Shown piece after piece: positions 1 through 13,180 of a DNA stretch of 64,000 nt (the stretch's first letter is position 1; each line of letters begins with the position of its first letter). The notes below the pieces were generated by a model. The model did not search any database, was not told the origin of the DNA, and saw only the letters and a program-made list of their open reading frames with translations. The stretch comes from Camelus dromedarius (taxonomy: Eukaryota). The stretch lies in contig NC_087437.1 in the NCBI RefSeq assembly GCF_036321535.1, forward strand, positions 117,864,001 through 117,928,000, written 5' to 3'. The translations under genes were made by a program, and so were the position numbers.

Positions 1-164
1 AGGGATTCAGTTTTACTGAATAAAACTCAAAGCTATTTGGTGTTGGCAGTGGATGGTGGGGGTGTTGTGTAGATAAATACTGCCATTTTCTGCTGGATGG
101 CATTTAGTCAAGACAGTGACTAATCAAAGTCTAGGTAAGATTTAATTTATGACACTGGAAACTA

Positions 165-630
165 AACTCCAATGGCTTCCCATCACACTCAGAATTGATG
201 ACTTAACTCCTGCCTTCAAACCTTCCCCTACTTTCCTACTGAGTGGTTTCTTGCTGTCCTTTGAATGCACAAAACTCACTCCTGACTCAGGGTCTTTGTT
301 CTTGTTGGTTTCTGACTGTAACTCGCTTCCTATAGAGAGACCTGTGTTTCACCCCTTTTTGGTCAAGTCTCTTCTCAAAATTCTCTCTGGAAAGTCTTAT
401 CCTCCCCATCCTAACATGCCATCCCCTCATCGCTCACAATCCTCTTTCCAGGATTTACTTTTCACAGCACAGGTAGACACCTGACATCGTTTGTGTGTTA
501 TTCTCTCTCTTCCACTGGAATGTGAGTTTTACAGGGCGGGGACTTGGTCTCTCTGTGTCAGTCACCACTGTGCCCCCAGCACTCAGAACATCTATTACAA
601 AATAGGTGCTTGGTAAATATTTGTTGGAAA
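165..630 (+). mobile_element. L2 LINE 3' fragment (old)
   Basis: Typical L2 motifs: ctccaatggcttcccatcacactcagaat ... ctggaatgtgag...agggcggggac ... taaatatttgttg. Confidence 0.7.
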
Positions 631-1529
631 AAGTGATCGGATGCATGAAGCAAAATGATAGCGTGAATATGGTATCAAAAACTGGACCCATAAACAGCAA
701 CAAGATAGCGGCCTCATATAATTTCTATTTTTCCTGCCAAGTAAAGGGCAAGTAGGGGCTTTTTAGATAGCATGTTTGTTTCTCTACGTGGCAGTTCATC
801 ATTAAAAGCCAGAAACAACAGACGCGTCAGAAGATACAAAGAAGTGTAAGAAAACTGACCTTTGGAATCACAGATAGGAAATCATAGTGTTGGCAGCTTT
901 TCTCTCAGTGGTGCAGAGCCAATAATAGGAAGCAAAGGGCAGGTGCTTTTTGCCATTAAGTCCAGTACTTTCCCTCCAAATGGCTTCATCAATGCCAAGG
1001 TCACCCAACTGAGCAAGACATTAGGGTGATTATCAGTCCACCGCCAGTGCTTAAGCCCTGGGGCATGTATATAAGAGCTAATGGCATTTTATCTTTTAAT
1101 TTCACTTATGATAACAGCAATTTATTTTAAATTAAGTCTTCATAAATCTTCCCAGTGACCCAAACTACCAAAAACGTGCTAAGCTTTACAATGGCCCAAA
1201 GTCATATGACTCTGGTATAAGAAATAACCAGGAACTGGGTCTCGAAATTCCATTTCAATCATACCCCCATTCTTCCCACACCTCAGCTTTAACCTCCATC
1301 TCCCACACACAAATTCTCCCCAACTGCTGTAGATTCTTCAAAAATATATTGTAATTTTACCTTTTTGACTGTGTTCCCAAGGCCATCATTCTAATTAATC
1401 GCCTGATACTTGGATTATCCTCAGCCTTTTCTATGTAATGTGTCCTCAATCATGTTCCAAAGTTATGTAGATGTGAGTAGATGTAGCAGGAAGGGAAAGA
1501 CAGAAGGAGAAGAGCCGGGAAGAGAGTCA

Positions 1530-1700
1530 CCATCCCCTGAGGGCTCATTATGTGTCAGGGGCTGTGATAAATAAATACATTATTTTATTTAACCCCCAGA
1601 AAACCTCTATTATCCTGCTTTAGGAATAAGAAAACAGAGGTAAACGTAAGTTAAGAAATTTACTCAAGGTCACACAGCTAATAGGTGTCAAATTGTGATA
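1530..1700. mobile_element. MIR SINE
   Basis: MIR core-like text: gaaaacagagg...gttaagaaatttactcaaggtcacacagcta. Confidence 0.65.
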
Positions 1701-2059
1701 AGGATGCAATTAAAACAGAGAGGAGCGGGGAGCAGGGCAGAGGTCTGAGGAGTCGGGCCTGCAGGCCGGGGGCCTTTCCCTGGTGCCCGCATCTGCAGAG
1801 GCACAGCCCACTAACGGCTGCCAGGCTGGTCCCCTCACCCCAAGGCAATCAGCTCCAGGGCTTCTGGAGTTACCATCACTTCTGTAAAGCAGGTGCTTGT
1901 TCATGGCAACAAGCGTATGAGCTAATCGGACGATGGTATGGCTTTTATGTCTTATCTGGTGCTGTTTATCCCTCATTGACCCCAGAAAATATGCTTGAAT
2001 GCCTCTGTCTTCCTTCTACTCATTTATTAAATGGAGAGGAAAGGGAGAGTCCTGCTACC

Positions 2060-2230
2060 AGCCAGGTGCTACGGACAAAGCAATCGTTACCTAATTCCAT
2101 TTTCTCAGCAACTCCAAGAAGTAAGTCTCATTATTTCTATTTTACGTATGAGGAAACCAAGGCTAAGAGAAATTCAATCACAGTCCCAAAGTCATACAGA
2201 AAATGAACAAGTAGAAATGTGGACCTTGGT
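2060..2230. mobile_element. MIR SINE
   Basis: tattttacgtatgaggaaaccaaggctaagaga...cccaaagtcatacag. Confidence 0.6.
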
Positions 2231-4551
2231 TTATTTACTGAAAGTTCCATGTTGCTGTGTTTTTAATTTTCTTTCTAAACCCTACTTACACATCAAGGCT
2301 GATGATGTACTCGCTCCTTCCATGAAATCTATCACACAATGAGCTCTCCCTGCTCAGAGTCTGTTTTACTCTTGTCATTAACAGTCTTATCACTTGGAGA
2401 CTTTCCAACCACCCAGTTGTGACCATGCAACTTCAAGGTCTCAAAACTTCTTATTCTACTTCTGCTTTTCCCAAGCTACATCTCAGGCCAAAAACTTTAA
2501 AGCCTCTAAGAGGAAAACATTTCCCAATTCAAGTTAAAGGTTTAAATAACAACCCATATTCTCTAACACTGTTGCTATTTTCATGTGGGTTTTGTTTCCT
2601 CAACTATATCTTTGCATTTTTTCCCATGAATAAAAGGACAGATTATGTCCCAAAGGTAGTAAATCTACAGTTTGCAATACGGAATGCACTTTATTCTAAA
2701 AGACAATAATAGATGATAAGATCTTTCATTTTACCTAAAGATCTATATTTAGCTTTTTCAGAATGTGATCTAGCTAAAGTGGTGGTAAAATTCGACTACT
2801 TGACCATTCAAATTAAAACTTACAATTCTGAGAGTAGCTGCCTGATCTCTACCTATCAGAGAAAAAGAGGCTGTCACCCGTCACCCACAGCGGGCACTAG
2901 TCCCCCAGGGAGAAAGACCCCTGGCCCAATCATTATGTACTAAAGGCAGAGGGGAAACAGATGAGACGGGAAGATATTCCACAACTGGAGCAACTCCCTA
3001 CTCCAACACCCAGCACAGACCTTGGCCAGCTGCTCTTGGATGTCTGTCCTCAAGACTTTTCACACATTCCCCTTGCACAACTGGCCATTAGATCCTGCGC
3101 AGTATCTTCTGATTTTGCCCATCCTTGCCATCCCTACTAGGACCACCTTAGCTCCGATCACCACCACTTCTCATGTGGACTAAAAAGACGTCCCTTCAGG
3201 CTTTTGTGCTTCTGGTCTCATTTTATTCCAATGCATGATGTGTCCTGCGATGGACCATATGATTTTTCTGCTTTAGATCACTTCATTCTTCATTTCTTTC
3301 CTAGGACAGAAAACCTTCAAGATGTGGACCAGAGTTAGCTCCGAAGTCTCATCCTTCCTCATTTTGCTCCCTAGCCACACCATTCCATCAGACACAGGGA
3401 AATAAACGTATCTGCTCTGTCAAGCCTTCCTACCATTGCAGGTAATAGATCTTCTTCCAGGAATGTGTTATCTTCCTTTTTCTCTTCTTAACTATTTGCT
3501 GTATTTTCCAGTCCTTCAGGATCCTTCCCTCCCTTCCTGAATCTGCCTCACTCCCACTGGAGCAGGAGTTCTCAACGGGAGGAAATGAGCTTTTCTCATC
3601 TCAGCAACCACCCCGAGGACCGCCAGTTAGGAGTATGTGCTAAATACTTTGTTGCTTCATGATAGAACAAGGGAAAGATGAAGTAATGAAGGACAGAACA
3701 AATGCAGTGTTTTGGGAGTGGGGTTAAAGATTATATTTGTATCTACCCACTGATGCTTTGAAGAGGTAATGCTTAGTAATTTTTTTTTCTTTTGCAGGCA
3801 AGTAAAACACAAGAAAACATCAAACTCATGGGATTGGGAAGTTTCTGAAAAAACAAGCAAAATAAAATGCTACAGATAAGGACTTTAAAATAGAGAACAC
3901 TTCATTAGAGAGTTAAGACTGTCTTGTAACCTTTATTTAATTAACTCATTTTAGCCATTGCCATGCCAACTGTAATTAGACGTAGGCTCAAAGAAAGCTG
4001 CCTTGACTTTATTAAGGTGAATTTAAAGGTGATTGATTTTCTGAAATCAGAATGATGATCCATTATGGTATTTTTACAACATGAGCTCAAGAATTGGGCC
4101 AGGTTTAAATTTTAATCCGATGAATCATAAACCCATCTCCACTGCAGCATGGATTAAGGGAAGCTGTATACCTCATGTGCCTTATTTATGTTATTAAATA
4201 GAATTAACAAATAGATACATTTACCTAAAGTCATGCTGAAACTAGAATATTTTCCATATGTATTATAAAATACGATACAGCCTGTGAGGGAGGAGTGCAA
4301 ATAAGAGCCTTTAATTTTAAGTCACTGAGCATTAATGCCAGAAGCAAAGCTCCTATTTACTGAGATCAGCCACTAACCTATGACACCTACACCTTTCATA
4401 CAATTCCTTTCAAAACATAGTTTAGCTTTTGGTAAATGATGTCTCCTCTGCTGGTAGGAAAGTTAGTATTTTGCAAAGCAAATTATTTCATTATTTCATT
4501 TTTGAAGGGTTTTGAACATTAGAAAATTTATATTTAAAAATTTTAAAAACT

Positions 4552-7500
4552 AGAGGGGGAAGCAAGATGCTGGAGTAGAAGGACACTTGTAGCTCACTCT
4601 CCCCCACAAATACACCAAAACTCACATCTACAGACCTACTCAGCCAACCAGAGCACCTGCCGAACTCCGACATAACATCACTCTCTTTGAAAGACAAAGA
4701 TGCCAAAAATCTGGTAGGAGAAAAGGAAAAAAGAAAGAAGAAAAAGCAAAACAGTGTGAGACTGATCCCACGGGGAGGGAGCAGCAAAGGAGGACTGGCG
4801 CTCGTTCACTGGGTCTCCCCTCTCTGACGGAGAGGCCAGCGGGGCGAAGGGGGATCCTCCAAGGCTCAGATCAGTCCCGAGCACCCCTTGACCAACAAAA
4901 CTAAGTTGAACGGCACAAAGGGTCCCAATGACACCCAGCCCGAGATGCGAGCCAGCAGCTGGGGCCAGGACAGGCTGCCCGAGCTGGGCGGAGGTTGGGG
5001 CGGCTGCACTGAGGCAGCCCCAGGGGACTGCAGGGTGCTGCGCGCCGTGGCTGGGAGGGGATACCGAGCAAAACAACCTCAGTTCCCTATAAATTGCGAA
5101 AAAAGCAAAGCAACATGGCTTGTGTGCCCTGGGGGAAGGGGCACTGTAGCCTTTGTCTCCTCAGACCTGCACCGCCATTACTGGTGCTTCTAGCGAGAAG
5201 AGAGATGGGGCACAGCCAGAGCTGCCATCTCCTCCTGTGCGCACGCCTGGGCAGGGGCAGGGCCAAGACCTGAATCCGCACCCAGGGGCTCCGCAACCTC
5301 CTAGGCAGGACTGAGACTTGTTTACAGCCCAAGGCAGATAGGATCTTTCTGCCCTGGCACCTCAGAGAACTCGTGCTGCCAAGACAAACAAGGAGCTGAG
5401 ATTTGGCACGGAGCAGGGGTGGAGCTGTTCCGCGGTCTTCCCCAAGCCCACCTCTGGAGCACTGACGCAAAGCAGAGTGGGAAGCTGCACAGAGCAGCAG
5501 AGCAACAGGCGCCGGGAGAGGGCAGGCGGCCACCCACCTTCCTGGCAGGAATGCAGCACATGATCCCGGTCCTGGGAGGGGGCATGATCCACCCACCTGC
5601 CTCGTCAGAGCACAGCATCTGACTGTGGCATCTGGAGGGGGAGTGACACACCCGCCCACCGGGTAAGAGCTCAGTACCTGACCCAGTGTTGGGAGGGGGC
5701 ATGATCTGTTAGCTGACAGCCACTGAGAGCAGTACACACAAGGGTGCCAACAAAGGGCCTCTGGAAACAGCAAGCTCAGTTCGTGAAACAGGGCAAAGAC
5801 ACAAAGACCTCTTGATAAAATCATTAAGAGCACATCGTCTCCAGGAGAACTAGATAACTGATACTCCTTAAGCCACAGTGCCAGAGATATGAGCAATATG
5901 AAGAAGCAGAGGAATCACTCCCAATTAAAAGAGCAAGAGAAATCCCCTGAAAGCACGATTAAGGAAATAGACATTGATGGCCTACTAGATCAAGATTTCA
6001 AAAAAGAAGTGATAAAAGTACTGAAGGAACTAAAAGAAACAGTATTTAGAGATATAAAATATGTCAAAATGAAGTTGAAGCTATAAACAAGAGCCAAGTA
6101 GAATGAGTAAACTCATTTGCTGAGATAAGAGCTGACCTAAAGGCTGTACAAAGCAGGCTAGATAATGCAGAAGAACGAATAAGTGACCTAGAAGACAGGA
6201 CAACAGAAAGCACCCAATCAGAACAACTGAGGGAAAAACAAATAAAAAACAATGAAAATGATATAAGGGACCTATGGGATAATATAAAGTGTGCCAATCT
6301 ATGCGTAACAGGGGTTCCAGAAGGGGAAGAAAGAACAAAGGGGATTGAAAAGGTATTGGAAGAAATCATAACTGAAAACTTCCCAAACCTAAAGAAAGAA
6401 TCAGATATCCAAGTACAGGAGGCTCAGAGGGTCCCAAACAGGAAGAACCCAGACAGACCCACCCCAAGACATATCATAATCAAGATGGCCAGAGTCAAGG
6501 ATAAAGAAATGATCCTAAAGGCAGCAAGAGAAAAACAAAGAGTGAGTTACAAGGGAACCCCCATAAGGCGCTCAGCTGATTTCTCTACACAAACACTACA
6601 GGCCAGAAAGGAGTGGCAAGATACATTCAAAGTCCTGAATGAAAAAATGATGCAGCCTAGGATACTCTATCCAGCAAAGCTATCCTTTAGAATAGAAGGA
6701 GAGATAAAGAACTTCACAGACAAGCAAAAACTAAAAGAGTTTAGCAACACTAAACCCATGCTAAAAAAATATTGACAGGTCTACTCTAAATAGAAAAGCA
6801 GCAGGATGCTACAAAAATGAGAAACTCATAACTGGAAAGGTGGTAACTACCATGAATTCCAAATAGAATAAACACAAAATTGTAAAAGAAGACATCTAAA
6901 TCATTAAGAGTGGGAGAGGGAAGCAAGGAAAGCCACTGTGGAAAACAGTATGGAGATTCCTCAAAAGACTAGGAACTGACTTACCATGTGACCCAGGAAT
7001 CCCACTCCTGGGCATATATCCAGAAGGAACCCTACTTCAAAATGACACCTGCATCCCAATGTTAATAGTAGCACTATTTACAATAGCCAAGACATGGAAA
7101 CAGCTTAAATGTCCATCAGCAGATGACCGGATGAAGAAGGAGTGCTACATTTATACAATAGAATACTAGTCAGCCACAAAAACCAACAACATAATGCCAT
7201 TTGCAGCAACATGGATGTCCCTGGAGAATGTCATTCTAAGTGAAGTAAGCCAGAAAGAGAAAAATACCATATGAGATCGCTTATATGAGGAATCTAAAAA
7301 AACAAAGCAAAACATAAATATAAAACAGAAACAAACTCATACACATAGAATACAAACTTGTGGTTGCCAAGGGGGCGGGGGATGGGAAGGGACAGACTGG
7401 GATTTTAAAATGCAGAATAGACAAACAAGATTATACTGTATAGCACAGGGAAATACATACAAGATCTTGTGGTAGCTCATAGTGGAAAAAAAATGTGACA

Positions 7501-7614
7501 ATGAATATATATATGTTCATGTATAACTGAAAAATTGTGCTCTACACTAGAATTTGACACAACATTGTAAAATGACTATTACTCAATAAATATAAAAATT
7601 TTTTTTTAATTTTT
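4552..7614 (+). mobile_element. Lineage-specific LINE-1 with complete 5' end, decayed ORF1 and near-total ORF2 deletion
   Basis: Starts agagggggaagcaagatgctggagtag. CpG-rich 5'UTR runs to ~5888, then ORF1 5889-6789 and spacer. It jumps at ~6931 to the last ~120 codons of ORF2, then 3'UTR, AATAAA 7585-7590 and an A/T tail. 14-bp TSD AAATTTTAAAAACT at 4538-4551 and 7615-7628. Confidence 0.93.
5889..6789 (+). pseudogene. L1 ORF1p remnant (RNA-binding protein), disabled
   Basis: Contains ORF1 motifs ENFPNL, QEAQRVP, PRHIII, ADFS, RILYPAKLSF. Broken by a frameshift near 6066, an in-frame TGA at 6104 and a frameshift near 6768. Confidence 0.9.
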
Positions 7615-7619
7615 AAATT

Positions 7620-10600
7620 TTAAAAACTGAGATGAAATTTATATATAGTAATATGCACAGGCTTTAAGTGTACAGTTTGATAGGTTTTGCACAAATCTGT
7701 GAAACCCACACCATTATTAAGATTTAGAATATTTCTATACTCCCAGAAAGTTTCCTCATGTCCACTCCTTATCAATTGCCCATCTCCCTTTGCAGTAGCA
7801 ACTACTATTCAGATTTGTACATTCATTAAATAGTTTCCTATTTTATTCTTACAAAGAGAATCTTAGAATATGTTACTCTTTTTGCTCCGGCTTCTTTTAC
7901 TCAGCATTCATGAATGTTCTGGGTATTTCAGCAGTCTGTTCTATTTACATTTAAAGTAATTCTTGATAGGTAAAAATTTACCCTTGCCATTATCAAAATG
8001 TTTTTTGTTTGTTTTGTTCTCTTGTCTCTCTTTTCCTCTCTGTCTTCCTTTTTTCTGTTTTTTTTTTCTGTATTGATACACTTCAATTCCTTTCTTTTTT
8101 TCCTTTGTGCATTGGTAAATTTCATAACATTTTTCTGTACATATCTATGCCCTCAGCAAATGTAAGTACATTTATGCCTACCATTAAAAATGTTATCCCT
8201 TATTTCTTTTTCTTGCCAAGTGCAAAGGCTATGACCTTGAGAACAATGCTGAATAGAAATGTTGAGAGCAGACATGCTTATCTTGCTCATAAACATGAGG
8301 ATAAAAAGTATAAGACACTATGGTTCTTCATAGGTATCTTTTATTATATTGAGACTGTTAACCTTCTATTACTTGCTTGAGAGTTTGTTTTTTCTTTTTT
8401 AATCAGGGATAGATGTTGAATTCTGGAAAATTCTTTTCATCTATTTTATTCATGTTTGTGACTTTTCTACTTTATTGTGTTAGTATGGTGATTTCTACTG
8501 ATTAATTTTTAAATATTACACCAAAATGGCAATCTGATGATAAAGCCCACTTTCTCACTATATGCTATCCTCTGATTATAGTGCTAATTTAATATGTTAG
8601 TATGTTAAAGTTTTTGCATCTATATTTATGAGAAACATGTATAAATTTGTATAAATTTTTCTGGGTAATGTCTTCGCAACTTTTTATATTAGAGTTATGT
8701 TGTATCATAAACCAATTTGGGAACTCTTCCTTATCCTTTATCTGAAGGAATTTGTAGATGAGTGTTATTATTTCTTCTTAAACGTCTGTTAGGATTTATC
8801 AATGAAGCTATCTTGACTTTCAGTTTTCTTATGACAGATGTAGGGCTATTCTGATTTTCTCTTTTATCTCATGTCCATTTTGATAAGTTGTATCATTCAA
8901 ATCATTGACCGTTTGATCTAAATTATGAAATATATTGGCATAAAATTCTCCAAAGTATTTCTTTATTATCCTTTTAATTAATGTATGCAGAAACTATAGT
9001 AATGTTTGTCTTTGTATTAGTTTTCTATGGATGCTGCAATAAATTAAAATAAAATTCACACAAATTATTGTCTTACTGTTTGGGTGATCAGACATCTACA
9101 TACGTATTCTGCAGTTGTTGGGTATAACATGCTCTAAACATCAATTAAGTTACATTGGTTGATAGTGTTCTTTAAATCTTCCCCATTCTTACTGATTTGC
9201 TGTCTCCTTGCTCTACCAAATACTGAGGAAGGACTGTTTAAAACCCAACTGTTACTGATGATTACCAGAATTTGTATCATGTGTTTCGACTTCTGCTATT
9301 AGGTGCATACATATTTAGGTTTTTATGTCTTTCTGATGAACTTACCATTTTATTATTATAACAAATCCTTATTTGCTTTTAGTAATATTCCTTGTTAAAA
9401 GATTTATTTCATCTAATACTAACACATCCAATCAAGATTCTTTGATTGGTGTTTTATATCATTTTACTTGAAATTTTTTATATCTTTATATTTGAAGTAT
9501 AGCAGCAGATACTTGAATCTTGCTTTTAGATTGTCAGTCTTTGCTTTTCAATTGGTATATTTAGTCCATTTATAATTAATGCAGGTATTGATATGGTTAT
9601 GTTTACTTTTTCCATCTACTTATTTCTTTTACATTTTTTTCCAACTCTTGTTACCTGTTCTCTTCTTTCCTATAGTCTGTTTAATTGAGCAATTTTAATG
9701 TTCTTTTATCTGTTCTGTATAATAGCTATGCCTATTTGTTTCATTTTTGATCAGTGCTCAAGAATTTACACTGTACATACTTAATTAACAAAATCTATGT
9801 TCAAATAATATTATACCACGTTATGTATAATGTAGGAAGAATTTTGGAATAGTAAAATTCCATTTTCTTTCTTCCTGTACCTTCTGTTATTATTATTTGT
9901 ATATTTTATTTTCATGTTATAAATCCCACAATAAATTATTACTATTTAAACATCTAAATATTTTCAAAGGAAATAAAATGTCTTTTATCTTAGCCATAAA
10001 TTTATCACATCTAGAGATCTTCATTCTTCTTGACTATCAAAATTTCTGTCTGGAATTGTTTCTTTTAGTGCAAGAAAATTCTTCAATATTTATTGTATTG
10101 AGCTTTCATTAGTAATTAATTCTCGCAACCTTTGCTTGTCCCAAAATGCCTTATTTATCCTTTATTTTTGAAGAATTTTTTCCTGATTATAGAATCCTAG
10201 GTTGGCAGTTTGTTTCCTCTGCCATCTCCTCCTTTTAGCCCTTTAAAAATACTGTTCCATTCTCTTCTGGCTTGAATTGTTTTGGACGCCTAGTCTGAAG
10301 TTTTCTTCCCTGGTTCCCTTGTATGTAATGAGTCTAATTTCTCTGGCTGCTTTTAATATTTTATCATTAGTTTTTAACAATTTGATTATGATGTGCTATG
10401 GCATGGTTTTTCTTCATGCTTTTTTCCCTTGGGTTTCATTAATCATTTAGATCTGTAGATTAATATTTTTCATCACATTTGAAAGTTTTCAAGTCATTAT
10501 TACTTAGATATGTTTTTTCCTGCCCTTTTTCTGAGACTATAACTATATTTATATCAGACTCTTGACATTTCTCCAAGTTCACTGAGGCATTGCTTACCAT

Positions 10601-11730
10601 TTTCAGTCTGCAAAAAAAAAATATATATATATATATATTTCTCTTGCCCTCTTTTCAAGTTCAGTTATCCTTTGTTCTGTAGTGTCCAATATCTAACTAA
10701 ATATATCCAGCTAATTTTTCATTTCAGATTGTGTTTTTTTCAGATCTATAGTTTCCTTCTGGTTCTTTTGAAAAAAAGTGTTTTACACTTCTCTCCTTGC
10801 ATTCCCTATGTATTCACTTATTGCACACATCTTTTCATTTGAATTTCTGAAAATGTTTATGAAAGCTACTTTAAAGCCTTGCCTGCTAATTCCAACATCT
10901 GTGTCTCCATTAATCAGTTTCTTTTATTTTTTTTCCTTTTATTTATGGCTCATATTTTCCTGTTTTTTCTCATACCCAGTAATTATGTGCAAAGCATTGT
11001 GTATATGCTATGATATTGAGAGTCTGTGTTTTGTTGTCTTCCGTTTAAGAGTGCTGAATATTCTTCTTGCAGAAAATTAATTTACTGGTGAAGAAGTTTT
11101 ATTCTGTCAAGGTGACCTTTGCGTTTTTTATTAGGGCTGATCTAGAGTAGCTCTTATTCCAGGACTAGATTTGGCCTTCTTCTATAGTGTGACCTCTCCA
11201 AAATTTCAACTGAATTCTCCATGTGTTCTCTACTCTGGCTAGTCAGAACTCCAACATTTCTCAACACTGTGCAACTTCTGGAGTCTTTATTCATCTCACA
11301 TACTCTTGGCAGTTGTTCTCTGCTAGATTTCATAGCATCTCATCCTATGTACATGAAGTGTGGTATTCAGCTAAAGACTCAAAGGGAGCCTTACACAGAT
11401 TTTTTTTAGAAATATTTCTTTGAACAGCTCCCTACTCTCTAGCACTCTGCCCTTCAATATCCAGGGCCTCAAAAGTTCTTTCTATCTTTGGTTTTCTTCA
11501 CCAAAAATATCACTATTATCCATTTGGGCTCTGCATCCCTGTACTGTGGTTTGGAAAGTGCACCAGGAAGAAACCTGGGGTGAATTTGGAGCTTAACTCA
11601 AACACACCTTTCCTCTCAAAGATCACAGCTCCCTGTTTCACTGCCTGAAATGGTTACTTTATAAATTTTTGTCCAGTTTTATAATCATTTATGGTAGGAG
11701 AATAAATCCATTATATGTTACTCTCTGATG
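7620..11730 (-). mobile_element. Old L1M-type LINE, fragmented and rearranged
   Basis: L1M 3' end at 7620-7920. ORF2 N-terminal remnant (..LSRITLNVN..) at 7930-8000, RT-region text at 8150-9000, ORF1/5' like text at 10100-11730. T-rich on the plus strand. Confidence 0.75.
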
Positions 11731-11889
11731 ACCCCATTCAATAAATTTTAAATTTATCTTTTAAGTTACTTGACCCAAATCTGTCTCCCTGAAATTTCCT
11801 GCCATTTCTGTTGGTTCTAACTTCTGGAGACCTAACATGGTTATTACTATTCTAAACTAGTGTAGTGGACTTAATCCACCGGTGCAAAG

Positions 11890-12825
11890 AACCCAATTCA
11901 CTAACTCAAGGACTCGGGTCCTATAATTCTCTCTTTATCCTGATACATTTTTTCCCTGTCTATTGGCTCATTCCCATCAGTGTGTAAGCTTCTTTTGTCT
12001 CATGTCCATCTCTAATTTCCTGTCCATTTTTCTTCCTCCTGTCATTGCAACATTCCCGAAAATGTAAAAATAGTCATATTTTATTCAGTTTCCACACATT
12101 CATTTACCTCCCTTTCTTTCCTCAAGCCCACTAATCAGGCATTCACTGCAGCCACGCCACTCTGCAAGTTCACAAACAATATCCTTCTTCCTAAAACTCT
12201 GACCAATTCTTGATTTTCCTCTTTTTCTACTTTCAGTGGGACTTGATATACTTTATTACCTATCTTCCTTGCTATATTTCCCGTTTTGCTTTCAGGGGCC
12301 CAGAGTCCACTGGATTTTTTCTTACTTCACTGGCTTCTCCTTCTCCCTGTTTCCTTTGCTGACTCCTCCTCTTATTCTGAAATTTTAAATTTTGAAATGC
12401 CTTAGGTCTAGACCCTCTTGTTTCTTCCATATCATTGTTTCCCTTGGGACAACTGCTACTTTTTGCATCTTCTCCACTTGCACTGAAGACACTTTCACAT
12501 TTACCTTATTAGGCAAAATATGTGCTTCAGTTAAGGATTCCTCTTTCTCTCACTTGCTACATTCACCTTATACACTTTTTGTTTGCTTTGCCTCCAAAAC
12601 AGTATTTTATATTCAACTGTTTCTCATTACCTTGACCATGACCACCCTCATTCAAGGCACTATTTATCTTGCCTCAATTTCTGAAATAGCCTCTTACTCA
12701 CTATCCTTGCTTTCTGGACAGCTGCTAGTGTGATAATTAAAAACATAAATCAGGCCTCGTTAAAGGTACAAATGGCCTCTCTTTGCATTTAGAAAAAAAA
12801 ATCCAGACTTCTAAAATAGCTGCAT
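11890..12825 (+). mobile_element. L2 LINE fragment
   Basis: Pyrimidine-rich L2 motifs such as cactggcttctccttctc...tttgctgactcctc and catttagaaaaaaaatccagactt. Confidence 0.6.
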
Positions 12826-12854
12826 ATTCAAATTATGCAGGGTGCTTAGACTTA

Positions 12855-13180
12855 AACTTAGCTGCATATTAGATTCAACTTGGGGAAATTCCTGGTACCT
12901 GGGTCTCACCTCTAAAGATGTTTATTTAATTGAACTTCAACCTGGACATCAAGAATTTTTTAAAGCTCCCCACATAATTCTAATGTGTGACAAAACTTGA
13001 GAACCACTAACAGGGGAGTTTTGAATTGAAAAAAAAAAACGCCCCAGAGATCTGGGAGATAGATCTATACTCAAAGATTAGGATTTAACTTGGCCTAGTT
13101 AGGACCAGAAAATAGTCATCAATGTTTTCATAAATCTCTCAGGAGATCTTATGGTGAAGTCCAGATCAAGAACCGCTGCC
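12855..13180. mobile_element. Two adjacent MER5-like hAT-Charlie MITE fragments
   Basis: ttagctgcatattaga...ttttaaagctcccc...ttctaatgtg...ttgagaaccact, followed by a second copy ending aagaaccgctg. Confidence 0.6.

Noticed and set aside
1685..2206. 173-aa plus-strand ORF
   Set aside because: GTG start, overlaps MIR remnants at both ends, and has no recognisable protein features.
5087..5896. 269-aa minus-strand ORF, possible L1 ORF0 analogue
   Set aside because: It starts at TTG, lies in a GC-rich L1 5'UTR where stops are rare, and has no recognisable domain. It is not supportable without conservation across family copies.
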